This document shows, one piece after another, positions 1 to 9,407 of a DNA stretch of 64,000 nt; the stretch's first letter is position 1; each line of letters starts with the position of its first letter. The stretch is from positions 85,626-149,625 of the forward strand of contig CAWIWB010000003.1 of assembly GCA_963839665.1 (NCBI GenBank), given 5' to 3'. Below the pieces are notes generated by a model that had not been told where the DNA came from, did no database searches, and saw only the letters and a program-made list of their open reading frames with translations. The position numbers and the translations under genes were made by a program. Origin of the DNA: an uncultured Verrucomicrobiae bacterium. GTDB taxonomy: Bacteria; Verrucomicrobiota; Verrucomicrobiia; Chthoniobacterales; UBA10450.

Positions 1-93
1 CCGCCCGACACCGCCCTTCTTCTTGGCCAAACCGCGCCGGTGAATCACGCTGCCTCGCACCGCTCTGGATCCTGTAATCTGACAAACTTTCAT
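1..93 (-). CDS. rpmB: 50S ribosomal protein L28, 5' end only (gene runs off the left edge)
   Basis: The reverse strand from ATG 93..91 reads MKVCQITGSRAVRGSVIHRRGLAKKKGGVGR. This matches the Thermus-type L28 N-terminus (CxxxG...RRGxAKxxGGVG). It is absent from the ORF track because it has no stop in the window. Confidence 0.65.
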   Translation of the reverse strand, partial: MKVCQITGSRAVRGSVIHRRGLAKKKGGVGR

Positions 94-307
94 GTCGGGA
101 AAAAAGCCGCGTAACTTGGCGTCTTTGAGCGTGGAGGTCAAGCGGATCATTCGCAAAGGCACACAACAGTGGGGCGCGACCGCAGGGCGCGCCGGACGGT
201 CATACCATAGCCGTCGGTTGAGGTTGAACGCGCAATTGCTCGCAGCAGTCAAACGTAGCTCGATCATAACCAATCGCTATTGCAGTAGCGATTATTGCTC
301 AGAACTA

Positions 308-1345
308 ATGGACAAAAATAATCACAAATTGCGGATCGGAATCGTAGGAGCCGGCAACATCGTGCGCACCCGTCATTTGCCCGGCCTCAAAAAAAACGGC
401 GACGTGGAAATTGTCGCCGTCTCAAACTCCACATACGAAAGCTCGGAACGCTTCTGCCGCGAGAATTCTCTGGCGGCACTGCCAATGCGCGATTGGGCGG
501 AGTTAGTTGCGACGCCGGACATCGACATCGTCTGGATTGGCACAACGCCGTACATGCATTCGGCAGTCACAATCTCCGCGCTTGAGGCAGGCAAACATGT
601 TTTTTGTCAGGCGCGCATGTCGATGGATCTCGCCGAGGCCGAGGAAATGCTCGCCACTTCCAAGCGATATCCCGAGTTGGTGACGATGCTCTGTCCGCCA
701 CCTTTCGGACTCCGCGGCGATTTAATGGTCAAAAAAATTCTCGCCGAAAGTTACATCGGCCAACCGCATCACGTCCGCTTGCAAAGTTTCCACGGAAATT
801 ACCTGGATCCCGACTCGCCGGCACATTGGCGCCAAAAGATCGAGATCAGTGGACTCAATACGCTCACCCTGGGGATTTACATTGAGGTTTTGCAACGCTG
901 GCTTGGCGACATCACCGGTGTGTTCGCGCGCGGGAAAATCGTTCAGCCACTTCGCGAAGCCTACAACGTGATTGTTCCCGATTTGCTCACCGTGCTATGC
1001 AGTTTTGAAAGTGGAGCGGAAGGCGTCCTTGAGTTCAGCGGAATTAATACGCTGGCGGAAGGTGATCGGCTGGAAATTTACGGCAGCAACGGGACCCTGA
1101 CGTATGATTTCACGGCCGACGTCATGCAGACGGGAAAGGTGGGCGATCGTGCATTGCACGTCGTAGATGTTCCCACGGAATTGGAAGGCGAATGGCGCGT
1201 GGAAGAAGATTTTCTCGCAGCGGTGAAGTCAAAAGGCCGCGTGCTTCCCCACCCAAATTTCGAAGACGGCCTGCGCTACATGCGCGTCGTGCAAGCTGTC
1301 TCGGACTCTCGTGCGCGGAACGAGTGGGTGGCAATCAAAAGCTGA
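308..1345 (+). CDS. Gfo/Idh/MocA family NAD(P)-dependent oxidoreductase
   Basis: ORF 92..1345. The Rossmann motif LRIGIVGAGNIVRTRHLPGL directly follows the internal ATG at 308 (MDKNNHKL). The 72 codons upstream are Arg/Ser-rich and look non-coding. Confidence 0.8.
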   Translation: MDKNNHKLRIGIVGAGNIVRTRHLPGLKKNGDVEIVAVSNSTYESSERFCRENSLAALPMRDWAELVATPDIDIVWIGTTPYMHSAVTISALEAGKHVFCQARMSMDLAEAEEMLATSKRYPELVTMLCPPPFGLRGDLMVKKILAESYIGQPHHVRLQSFHGNYLDPDSPAHWRQKIEISGLNTLTLGIYIEVLQRWLGDITGVFARGKIVQPLREAYNVIVPDLLTVLCSFESGAEGVLEFSGINTLAEGDRLEIYGSNGTLTYDFTADVMQTGKVGDRALHVVDVPTELEGEWRVEEDFLAAVKSKGRVLPHPNFEDGLRYMRVVQAVSDSRARNEWVAIKS

Positions 1346-1358
1346 AGCCATCGGAATT

Positions 1359-1958
1359 CTACGCGGGCATCGTGTCTGGAACGAGATATCTCCTTACCAG
1401 CAGGGCCCAGATGAGGAGCGTGATCAGTTGATACCACGCGAAGAAACGATCGTAGCCCCGGCGATGCGCAAAGAGACCAATGGCCGCCAAGACCGCGTAG
1501 TGACTTACAAAGGGAACGTACCAAATCGGATGAAGTAGATCACCGTGAATTGCAGTCTGCGTGATATCGAGCACGCACATCGCAATAAACGCGGAATAGT
1601 AGCCCACACGGTTTCGTTGAAAGCGCCGCTGGTGTTCCTCCGCTTCGGATAGGTCGGGCGGATAAAGAAAAACGGTGAGCATATAAAGCGTGATGGTCCA
1701 AACGATCAGAACGAGAAACCTGTCAAAGCTCCAAATGACTTCGGTGTTCCATTTAAATGTGACCCACCATTGCAAGACCAGCAGCAGTAGCGTGGCGATA
1801 GTGAGGACGATGTGCACTTCATCGAGCGGGTTCTCTTTGCGGCGGTAAAACGCGCGACCGGCGCCCGCGAGCAGATTGGTCACACCGAGACCGATGATGA
1901 TGGACATGAGCGCGGCGATGAACTCGAAACTGCTCATCAGGTTTTGAGCGTTCTGCAT
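1359..1958 (-). CDS. hypothetical multi-pass membrane protein
   Basis: ORF 1359..2018 has several hydrophobic helices (FIAALMSIIIGLGVTNLLAGA, IVLTIATLLLLVLQWWV, LVLIVWTITLYMLTVFLY). I start it at ATG 1958 (MQNAQNLM) because the upstream codons are the translated arm of the hairpin repeat at 1977..2058. Confidence 0.55.
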   Translation of the reverse strand: MQNAQNLMSSFEFIAALMSIIIGLGVTNLLAGAGRAFYRRKENPLDEVHIVLTIATLLLLVLQWWVTFKWNTEVIWSFDRFLVLIVWTITLYMLTVFLYPPDLSEAEEHQRRFQRNRVGYYSAFIAMCVLDITQTAIHGDLLHPIWYVPFVSHYAVLAAIGLFAHRRGYDRFFAWYQLITLLIWALLVRRYLVPDTMPA

Positions 1959-1976
1959 GGCGGTCCTCCCATAAAC

Positions 1977-2058
1977 GTCATTCCGAGCGAAGTCGAGGAA
2001 TCCCGGGGCGAAACCCACCGTTCCCTTCTCGGGATCCTTCGACTGCGCTCAGGATGAC
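1977..2058. repeat. hairpin repeat, family A (gtcat[tc]c[cg]gagcgaagtcga[ag]gga[at]ccc ... inverted arm)
   Basis: The arm gtcattccgagcgaagtcgaggaatccc pairs with gggatccttcgactgcgctcaggatgac. The same arm sequence recurs at 13717, 46557 and (diverged) 8174. Confidence 0.7.
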
Positions 2059-2067
2059 GGGCGAATT

Positions 2068-2916
2068 TTACCGGGGCTTCCCTAACATCCAACCGAGCGC
2101 GTCATTCAAATCTGCCAGCGCGGTCCCTTCGACAGGATCGTTGTGATAGGCGCCGCGCAATTCGATGATGCGTTTTTCTCCGGCGTATGCCTGAACCACT
2201 AACCGGTGAAAACGCGGTGCCACTATCTCGTCTCTCTCCGCCAGCAAAAAGATTGCCCGTGCGCGACTCGCTCTCGCGTTTGCAATGCAGTCGAGATCGC
2301 GGGGGATCTGCAGTGCGACCGGACCTGCCAACAGCCACAGGTTCCACCACCCAAATTGACGCAGAATCATTTCCCGCAGCGGCGGTGGATTATGCAAAAT
2401 CAACCCGGCAATTCCGGCGGGGCGGGCTGTGGCCACGTGAAGCGCAGCCGTTGCGCCGATGCTAGCTCCATATGCGACGATTGGCGCGCCAGCCGCTTCA
2501 TGTGTTAATGCATCGAATGCCGCAATCGCGGCTGGTCCAATGCGCGCTAATCGCGCCGGTCCCGTACTGCCGCCAAATCCGGGATAATTCATTCCCCAGA
2601 TTTCCACTGCACGATCTTTCCACATCTCGGCCTCTATGGCAGGCCAGCGATCTGCGCGATCCGCGTTGCCGTAAAAGCGCAAAATGAAAACGTCTGCGCG
2701 GCCCTGTTGACGCGCCAACTGCGATTGTGCCGTCCATATTTCCAAATCGCCATTCTCAAACGGAATTGCTCTGCGGACGGCAGCCCCAGCATCAATCGGC
2801 GCCCTTGTCGGAAAAAGAATCAGATGGTCCGGCAAATGTCCGAAGATCATGACAAGAACGTATGCGAGCCCGACTATGAGCAACCTCCAACCCGTTGGAA
2901 GAATTCTTGCCTTCAC
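2068..2916 (-). CDS. alpha/beta hydrolase
   Basis: ORF 2068..3069. It has a nucleophile elbow GASIG (G-x-S-x-G) in VAYGASIGATAALHVA, a late acidic residue (LAERDEIV) and a His (RGAYHND). I start it at GTG 2916 (VKARILPTGWRLLIVGLAYVLV, a membrane anchor) because the codons upstream translate the repeat at 2926..3010. Confidence 0.65.
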   Translation of the reverse strand: MKARILPTGWRLLIVGLAYVLVMIFGHLPDHLILFPTRAPIDAGAAVRRAIPFENGDLEIWTAQSQLARQQGRADVFILRFYGNADRADRWPAIEAEMWKDRAVEIWGMNYPGFGGSTGPARLARIGPAAIAAFDALTHEAAGAPIVAYGASIGATAALHVATARPAGIAGLILHNPPPLREMILRQFGWWNLWLLAGPVALQIPRDLDCIANARASRARAIFLLAERDEIVAPRFHRLVVQAYAGEKRIIELRGAYHNDPVEGTALADLNDALGWMLGKPR

Positions 2917-2925
2917 ATTTGTTTG

Positions 2926-3010
2926 CCCGCGAAACACACGAATCACACGAAAGGAAGTCAATACGAAGGGGTCGAGCGGAATTTTCGCTTCTTTTCGCGT
3001 GTTTCGTGGG
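2926..3010. repeat. hairpin repeat, family G (cccgcgaaacacacgaa ... ttcgcgtgtttcgtggg)
   Basis: The inverted arms cccgcgaaacacacgaatcacacgaaaggaag and cttcttttcgcgtgtttcgtggg are visible directly. It sits between the hydrolase start and the DUF3999 stop. Confidence 0.55.
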
Positions 3011-3065
3011 CCAAAAACAACTCTGACTGGAAGCAACGTCGCGATGGTCGTCGCAAATCTGTTGA

Positions 3066-5090
3066 TCATTCTTGCTGCGCTTTCGGCAGGAAGCGCGACA
3101 TGATCGCGAGCAGCACGATCACAACTAATGCCAATGCGCCCCAGAAAAGGTAGCGAGTCGATCCGGTTAGTGTTTGGCCAACCAACGACGGTTTCGGCGA
3201 AAGATTTTCTTCCGCACCCGCGATGACGGTGCTGCGTTCAGCCTTCAGAAGTTCACCGGCAACGAGAGTGAGATCGTAACGCGGAACGGTTGCGTCGGGA
3301 TTGCCGTAATACAGCCAGAGCGGCTGCGCGGGATCCGGCTTCGCTTTGAATACGATACGCGTTACCGGGTAGTAACTGCGAAAGTCGCGTAGCTCGATTG
3401 CGGGGTTGTCGCCGTTATCTGTTTCGAGAAACAACGTATCGCTTTTGGGGAGCGCGTTGAGCTCGATAATTAGATCGCGTTTTGAAGCGTTAGGCGTTTG
3501 GTCCCACGTGGCGCGACCGAGTTCCGATGCAAATTTGTCGCCGCGCTCGTCAGTGACTTCTTCCCACAATCGCATTTGTCGATGGAAAAGCGGCGAGGAC
3601 GATGTGCAGACCAGCCGCGTGATCGGCACGCCGGGCTGCGGGAGTTTTAGCGACCAACGCGAAAGAGCGGGTTTCTTCGGAACATTGGCCGCTACGGCAT
3701 TCAAACTGATCGGACGCGACAATGACGTGCGTTCAAGAAGGAACGGCAGCTGATACTCGCCGCGCACGACGCGGATGTCGCGTTGGTCGGATTGCGAATG
3801 AGCCAGCAATTCGGCATCCAGTTCGACTTGTTGCACGCCGTTTTGCGTGAGCGGCAGAAGTTTCCGGAATTTCCACTTGGTGACGTCAATTTGCGCTCCG
3901 GTCAATGTGACTGCAGCGAGTGTTTCGGGCGCTCTATAATTTGGATTGGGAACAAGCGCTGCGGGAACAACGTCCGTTGCGGTTGCGTTCCTGAGCTTTC
4001 CGCTCAGCGCCGAAAGATCGTAGCGCGGCGCAGCGGATTGGGTGTTGCCGCTGAGAAGTGAATACTGGCCGGGTTGGTTTGCGAAAAAGGTCAGGCGCAC
4101 GAGCCGTCTATCGGCACGGATGGTATCGATTGAAAGTGGTGGGCTATCTTCGTTTCGAATCAGCACCAACAACTCGCGCGTGTGGATTTGGGATTCGAGC
4201 GGAATCTCCAGGTGCGCTTCGTTTTTGCCGTTCACATTCACCCGATAAATCACAGCGTCAGCAATGTCGCGTTCGCGAATGCCTTCGTCGCCTACCTCGG
4301 CTACCGCGAGGGTAACAGCGCGTGTAAATACCGGTTCGTCACTCTCAATCCGCAAAGATCCCAAAGTCAGGTTCGCTGCACCAAGATCGAGAGCGAGTCT
4401 CGTTGTGCCGGGACTTTCGTCGCGCGATTTAGTTGTGACCGCGACGGCTTCCGCAGGCGCGGTTGTGCGCGCCTTGTGCAGGTGCGCGCCGGTGAAAGGC
4501 ACCGGCGGCGATCTCAGCTCATCAACAGTGATACGCAAGAGTTGCCACGCGCCCTCCGGGAACGAAACGCGCAGTTTCGTTGCGCCGTTCGACAACTGAA
4601 ACAACGAATCCCCGCCGGCGAGCTTGGTCCAAGTCCTCCCGTCATTCGATCCTTCGACGTCCGCAGCTTTCATGAAGCGCGTCGCTGGCGTTTCGAGACT
4701 CACACCAATGATCGGCGCGCTTGTTCCTGTTTTAAGAATTAGCTGTGTCGCACCGTTCTCGATGGTGCTGCGAAATTCCGTTGGCGGTATCGTTGATTCA
4801 GCGCCCGGGAGTAATCGCTCGATGAGATAAGGGACCTGGTTCCCTGTAGAATCGACGATGCGCAGGTCTTCGAGCCCGGGCCGTGCTGCACTCAACGTGT
4901 CCGCGGGAACGTTCACACGCACCAGTCCCCTGGTTGGAACCTCGAGGGTCTGCGTGTTACGCCATTCGTTAGGGTCGAATGCCAGACACGTCTGCGCGGC
5001 GACTACGATCGTCAATGCGACAATGGTGCAGAAGTTATGGAGCAGGTGAGACCGCGGTATTCGTTTCATTGTTTTTCGTGACTGCGGCAA
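3066..5090 (-). CDS. DUF3999-like secreted/anchored protein
   Basis: 674-aa ORF with an N-terminal signal-like segment (alternative start MKRIPRSHLLHNFCTIVALTIVVAAQTCLA at 5069) and a single C-terminal TM helix (YLFWGALALVVIVLLAIM). The size, the architecture and the position immediately downstream of a DUF2339 gene fit the DUF2339/DUF3999 pairing. The family call comes from memory of the pairing, not from a search. Confidence 0.5.
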   Translation of the reverse strand: MPQSRKTMKRIPRSHLLHNFCTIVALTIVVAAQTCLAFDPNEWRNTQTLEVPTRGLVRVNVPADTLSAARPGLEDLRIVDSTGNQVPYLIERLLPGAESTIPPTEFRSTIENGATQLILKTGTSAPIIGVSLETPATRFMKAADVEGSNDGRTWTKLAGGDSLFQLSNGATKLRVSFPEGAWQLLRITVDELRSPPVPFTGAHLHKARTTAPAEAVAVTTKSRDESPGTTRLALDLGAANLTLGSLRIESDEPVFTRAVTLAVAEVGDEGIRERDIADAVIYRVNVNGKNEAHLEIPLESQIHTRELLVLIRNEDSPPLSIDTIRADRRLVRLTFFANQPGQYSLLSGNTQSAAPRYDLSALSGKLRNATATDVVPAALVPNPNYRAPETLAAVTLTGAQIDVTKWKFRKLLPLTQNGVQQVELDAELLAHSQSDQRDIRVVRGEYQLPFLLERTSLSRPISLNAVAANVPKKPALSRWSLKLPQPGVPITRLVCTSSSPLFHRQMRLWEEVTDERGDKFASELGRATWDQTPNASKRDLIIELNALPKSDTLFLETDNGDNPAIELRDFRSYYPVTRIVFKAKPDPAQPLWLYYGNPDATVPRYDLTLVAGELLKAERSTVIAGAEENLSPKPSLVGQTLTGSTRYLFWGALALVVIVLLAIMSRFLPKAQQE

Positions 5091-8043
5091 GAAACCGCTG
5101 ATACAGAAACGACGCGAGAATCGCGATTACGGCGACGGCGATGAACGCGCCGATGCGATAGAGTTGATCAAGCTGCGAAAGATCGTGAAAGAAAAGTTTC
5201 ACGACTGTGATGCCAAGCAATGCCAGGCCGGCGTACCGCGTCGCCGCGGTTCGTTTTCGGATTCCGACAATGAGCAGCAAAAGGGCGAACAACCCCCATG
5301 CGATGCTGTAGCTCATGTCGCGCGCAAAATTACCGGAGAATTGAAATGTCAACGCAGCCATGCCCGGTGTGCTGAAGTAATCGGCGATCTCGATATTCAC
5401 ACTGAAAAAGGCGAGCACGGTGCCGAGTGTGTAAAGTAGCGGCCGCACGTCGTGCTCGAGCATGCGATTACGCGGCGGCGCCAGTAATCGCGCAGCGGCA
5501 AAGAGGCAAGCCGTCGCTATCCCGTATGTGTAAAGATACCAGTTGAAAATCGGGGACGCGGCGCGCGGATGATAGCTGAGCACGGCTGGATTGAGCGCCA
5601 GGCGAACGAATACCACGACGAGCAAACCGACGCCGGCCAAACGCAGCCCGGGATGCGGCACACGAAGAAAGAGCCAGCACAGCGCTGCGCCTTCCAACGC
5701 CCAACCCACTGTGATCCATTGTCGATCGAATTGGATCGGGAAAATCAGTGTGATGAAAAACAGTGCAGCGCCGCCGAACAGCGCCAGTTGCGCGATGCGT
5801 GCCGGGCTCGTGAGCGGTGTGCGTTTTACCAGCACGGACAATCCGAGTAACGCTGGCAGCGCAAATGCCGCTGGGACCAGACCGGGAACTCCGCTGGGGT
5901 ATGCAGTGCGAACCAGTTGGTAGATGAGATAAAAGTGCAATGGACCAGCAAGTGCTGCTGTCGCCCACGGGACCGTTTTTCCGGCAAACCGTTTATGGAA
6001 AATGAACGGAAAGATCGTGAACAGTGCATAAAACCCGAGATACCAAATCAGCGGCAAGGTTGCGCGAGTGGGATCGAAATGTTCGAAATGCCACGCGTGC
6101 TCCAACCCGAGCACGGAGACGAGTCCAACCGCCGGTAGGAGATCGAGCGAAAAGATTTCGCTCATGCCGAGAAGCAAAATCACCAACAACAATCCCAGAC
6201 CAAATACAGGCGACGGATTTGCCAGCGGTAACTGCAGCGCCACCATGATCAGCAGCAAAAATGGCAACGTCGCCGAAAGCGCGGGAAGTTGGACGGAGAG
6301 ATTTGCCGGGTCGGTGATGTTGCCGAACAGGTTTGGCGCGCGGGCTCCCGGCGCAATCAAACGGCGGCACGCCCAACTTACGGCAACGAAAAAGAAAATC
6401 GCGAAGCAGGCGAGCACAAGCAGGGCCGTCGACAACCCGGTGAGCTCAGTCGGAATTCGCAGCAGCCACGCGCCGACCGCAACGAGCGTGAGCACGAGCA
6501 CGGCGATGACGGGCAGCAGGGTCGCAGTCGCTATCGCCAGACCGATTGCGAGAACGTCGATAATAAACACGAACGGCCAGACCAGCAGTGAAAGGTCGGT
6601 GAGTCGGAATATCGGTATCAGCACGAGGAGAAGAGCGAGCGCAGGAAAGATGTGAGTCCACCGCGGAACCTCGATCTTGTGCAAGCGTTGCAACGCTATT
6701 GGCATTGCCGCATGAAACAGCGCGAAGAGGAAATAGAATCCGAGCGCGGTATAAATGTGAGCGATCGTTAGGTAATCGCCTGTCCACGCGGCGAGAAAAA
6801 TAAAGGCCGCGAGCCCCGCCAGGAACCGAACAATCGAGAGCCTTCTTCCGGTCAGCGTTAGTGCCAGCAAGCCAAGGTCGATGACGAACAGATAAGTGAA
6901 CAACAGCACCGGCCGACGCGCGACCGGCGGGAAACCAAGAAGGTAAAACGTCGAGAACATCGCGACCGCCGCGAGACCGATAGCAGATACGAAAAGTGTC
7001 GTATTCTCTTTTCCGGTGCGTTTTGCCCATGCGGCCGCGGCCAGGAAGAGCGCCTGAAAGCCAATAAACACCACCATAAAAATGAGGACTTTGTTGCCGG
7101 CGAAATATTTCTCCGGAACAAAGTACGCGTCCACCCAGGCGAATTGCATCACCGCCGTTCCAATCGCGCCCAGGATTGGCAGCGCATTCCAGCGTTGCCG
7201 TTGCGCCAGCGCGAGCAGACCGATGTCGAGCAGCGCGATATAACCGAAAAGTCCGAGCGGATTGTCCTGGTTCGTTGAGAGCAAAATCGGTGTGATAAAT
7301 CCACCCGCGATCCCGAGCACTGCGACGATGATAGCGTTCAACCGCACGGAAAGCAGAAACGCGACTGCGGTGATCAGCGTCATTAACAAAAACGTTGGAA
7401 TCAGACCAAAGAACGCGAAGTGATAGTAAGCTCGACAAGCAAAGGTCACGCCGTAGAGCACCAGGATCCCGGTCGCGCAGAGGGTCTGCGCAGTGATAGC
7501 GTTTTCTTTCCGTTTCAGAAGCAAACCGCCAACAACAAGACCGGCGCCGACGACGAACCCGATCGCAATCCGCAGCTCCGGCGGGATTAAATTGTGCTCG
7601 AACGAATATCTCACGAAAAACGCGATGCCGAGGAAAAGCGCGAGCCCGCCGATCCAGGCGAACAATTTCGCACCCATGAATTGCTCCCAGTCGATGGGCG
7701 GTTTGGTTGGTCTGGCGATTTGCGGCGCGCGCGGTTTGAGAAGTTCGTGTGGGATTGGCGGCGGCTCAGGCATTGCCTTGGCTACGACGGGAGCAGTTGT
7801 CATCGCTGGGCTCGGCAATGGTACGGCTTCCACTTTTGGCTCGGACGCCGCCGCAGGTGCCTCGGGTTGCACAGCCGAAACCGTTTGCGGCCGTAAGTTG
7901 CGCAGTTCGTTTTCGAGCGACGACAATCGCTTGGCGAGATCGTCAACGCTGCGTTTTGCCCTTTTTGCTTTCGCTAGCGCCACAAACGGCAGAACGAGAA
8001 TCGCGATGAGAAAACCGATTATAAGAAAACCTAGAAATTCCAT
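5035..8043 (-). CDS. DUF2339 domain-containing polytopic membrane protein
   Basis: 1002-aa ORF. An N-terminal TM helix is followed by a coiled-coil (AKRLSSLENELRNLR), a Pro/Ala-rich linker and then more than 20 hydrophobic helices. This is the typical DUF2339 layout. Confidence 0.65.
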   Translation of the reverse strand: MEFLGFLIIGFLIAILVLPFVALAKAKRAKRSVDDLAKRLSSLENELRNLRPQTVSAVQPEAPAAASEPKVEAVPLPSPAMTTAPVVAKAMPEPPPIPHELLKPRAPQIARPTKPPIDWEQFMGAKLFAWIGGLALFLGIAFFVRYSFEHNLIPPELRIAIGFVVGAGLVVGGLLLKRKENAITAQTLCATGILVLYGVTFACRAYYHFAFFGLIPTFLLMTLITAVAFLLSVRLNAIIVAVLGIAGGFITPILLSTNQDNPLGLFGYIALLDIGLLALAQRQRWNALPILGAIGTAVMQFAWVDAYFVPEKYFAGNKVLIFMVVFIGFQALFLAAAAWAKRTGKENTTLFVSAIGLAAVAMFSTFYLLGFPPVARRPVLLFTYLFVIDLGLLALTLTGRRLSIVRFLAGLAAFIFLAAWTGDYLTIAHIYTALGFYFLFALFHAAMPIALQRLHKIEVPRWTHIFPALALLLVLIPIFRLTDLSLLVWPFVFIIDVLAIGLAIATATLLPVIAVLVLTLVAVGAWLLRIPTELTGLSTALLVLACFAIFFFVAVSWACRRLIAPGARAPNLFGNITDPANLSVQLPALSATLPFLLLIMVALQLPLANPSPVFGLGLLLVILLLGMSEIFSLDLLPAVGLVSVLGLEHAWHFEHFDPTRATLPLIWYLGFYALFTIFPFIFHKRFAGKTVPWATAALAGPLHFYLIYQLVRTAYPSGVPGLVPAAFALPALLGLSVLVKRTPLTSPARIAQLALFGGAALFFITLIFPIQFDRQWITVGWALEGAALCWLFLRVPHPGLRLAGVGLLVVVFVRLALNPAVLSYHPRAASPIFNWYLYTYGIATACLFAAARLLAPPRNRMLEHDVRPLLYTLGTVLAFFSVNIEIADYFSTPGMAALTFQFSGNFARDMSYSIAWGLFALLLLIVGIRKRTAATRYAGLALLGITVVKLFFHDLSQLDQLYRIGAFIAVAVIAILASFLYQRFLAAVTKNNETNTAVSPAP

Positions 8044-8135
8044 TGGTTGTTGGGGTTTGGCCGATTACTCCGGCTTTGCGACAGAGGATAGCTGCTTTGC
8101 GCGGCGACCGTGAATTGATAAAAATGACGGATTTC

Positions 8136-8150
8136 ATCGACGCTTTCGAT
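8136..8150. promoter_or_regulatory. candidate LysR box (ATC-N9-GAT / T-N11-A)
   Basis: atcgacgctttcgat is an interrupted palindrome in the divergent intergenic region between the LysR gene and the DUF2339 operon. Confidence 0.3.
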
Positions 8151-8173
8151 TACCGCGTCTCATGAACAGCGCT

Positions 8174-8266
8174 GTCATATTGAGCGAAGCGAAACATCTC
8201 GGATTGATTTCAGTTGCGTCATCGGTCCAAAATCAATCCGAGATTCTTCGCTTCGCTCAGAACGAC
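8174..8266. repeat. hairpin repeat, family A variant
   Basis: gtcatattgagcgaagcgaaacatctcggattgattt pairs with aaatcaatccgagattcttcgcttcgctcagaacgac, giving a long imperfect hairpin just upstream of the LysR start. Confidence 0.65.
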
Positions 8267-8283
8267 AAAACGAGATGGGTTTT

Positions 8284-9180
8284 ATGAACATTCATCATTT
8301 GGAGTTGTTCTACTTCGTTGCGAAACACGGCGGCATTGCGGCAGCGGTGCGCAATATTCCTTATGGCATTCAGCAACCGGCGGTGAGCGGGCAAATCGCC
8401 AAACTGGAGGAATCACTCGGCACGAAGCTTTTTCAGCGCCGTCCATTTGCACTCTCGCCGACGGGCACGGAGCTTTTCGAGTTCATCCGGCCGTTCTTCG
8501 AAAACATTGACGTCGTCGCCGAAAGGCTGCGTCAGAACAGTTCGCCGCAATTGCGCATCGCGGCTCCGGCGATCGTCCTGCACGATTATCTGCCGCAACT
8601 GTTGCAACGTGTTCGCGCAAAATTCCCGGCCTTCCGGCTTTATCTGCACGAGGCGACTCGCACTGATGCCGAACGATTGCTTTTGGCTCGCGATGTCGAT
8701 CTCGCCATTATGCTACTCGACAAAAAATCGCGCGCCGGAATTCAGGTACGACCGCTATTGGAACTGCCGTTGGTTCTGTTGGTGCACAAAAAATCCAGGC
8801 TCACACGTGCTGAAGAGTTGTGGAAGCGCGACAAAATCGAGGAAACACTGGTGTGTTTCTCACGGACTGATCCCGTTCATGCGTATTTTCAGCGCGGTCT
8901 TCAACGGCTCGGGGTGGAATGGTTTTGCGGGATCGAAGTCACATCCGAGCGATTGATCCAGCACTACGTCGCCAATGGCTATGGCATCGGTTTGACGGTC
9001 GCGGTGCCTGGCTTTAAGCCACCACCGCAACTACGCGCACTTCCTTTATCGGACTTCCCGCCTGTGGTCGTGGGTGTTGCGTGGTCCGGCAAACTTTCCG
9101 GCATTACGCGCCAACTACTCGCAGAACTCGATGACGAAGCAGAGAAACAACGGGCGCGAATCCGAAAAAGCGGTCATTGA
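8284..9180 (+). CDS. LysR family transcriptional regulator
   Basis: N-terminal wHTH MNIHHLELFYFVAKHGGIAAAVRNIPYGIQQPAVSGQIAKLEESLGTKLFQR plus a substrate-binding domain of about 200 aa. ORF track start is 8275; ATG 8284 gives the canonical LysR N-terminus. Confidence 0.85.
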   Translation: MNIHHLELFYFVAKHGGIAAAVRNIPYGIQQPAVSGQIAKLEESLGTKLFQRRPFALSPTGTELFEFIRPFFENIDVVAERLRQNSSPQLRIAAPAIVLHDYLPQLLQRVRAKFPAFRLYLHEATRTDAERLLLARDVDLAIMLLDKKSRAGIQVRPLLELPLVLLVHKKSRLTRAEELWKRDKIEETLVCFSRTDPVHAYFQRGLQRLGVEWFCGIEVTSERLIQHYVANGYGIGLTVAVPGFKPPPQLRALPLSDFPPVVVGVAWSGKLSGITRQLLAELDDEAEKQRARIRKSGH

Positions 9181-9196
9181 CCCGACGCAAATTCCC

Positions 9197-9388
9197 TCAG
9201 TCACCTCCGTCCTTGAGCATCCGCTTGATCTGGTCTCGCAACTCCGGCGTGTTCTCGTGCCCGTGAACGGAAGCAGCATGCTGCACCGCTGCGTCGAGGA
9301 CTTCTTCTTCCGTGCCGGAAATTTTGAGTGAGCAATTGTTTTCGCTCGGGTAATCCCTGCAATCGATCGATTTTCTTTGTGCTGCCAT
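9197..9388 (-). CDS. DUF1059 family small protein
   Basis: 63 aa. CRDYPSENNCSLKISGTEEEVLDAAVQHAASVHGHENTPELRDQIKRMLK matches the DUF1059 pattern (C..C, H.H). Confidence 0.6.
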   Translation of the reverse strand: MAAQRKSIDCRDYPSENNCSLKISGTEEEVLDAAVQHAASVHGHENTPELRDQIKRMLKDGGD

Positions 9389-9407
9389 TGATGACCTCCA
9401 GTTTCGT

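Noticed and set aside
92-307. N-terminal 72-codon extension of the Gfo/Idh/MocA ORF
   Set aside because: The Rossmann fold begins right after ATG 308. The extension overlaps the rpmB start and promoter region and is Arg/Ser-rich.
6446-7438. 330-aa ORF on the minus strand inside the DUF2339 gene (different frame)
   Set aside because: It lies entirely within the 1002-aa DUF2339 ORF and has an Arg/Ser/Gly-rich, low-complexity composition typical of off-frame reading of GC-rich coding DNA.
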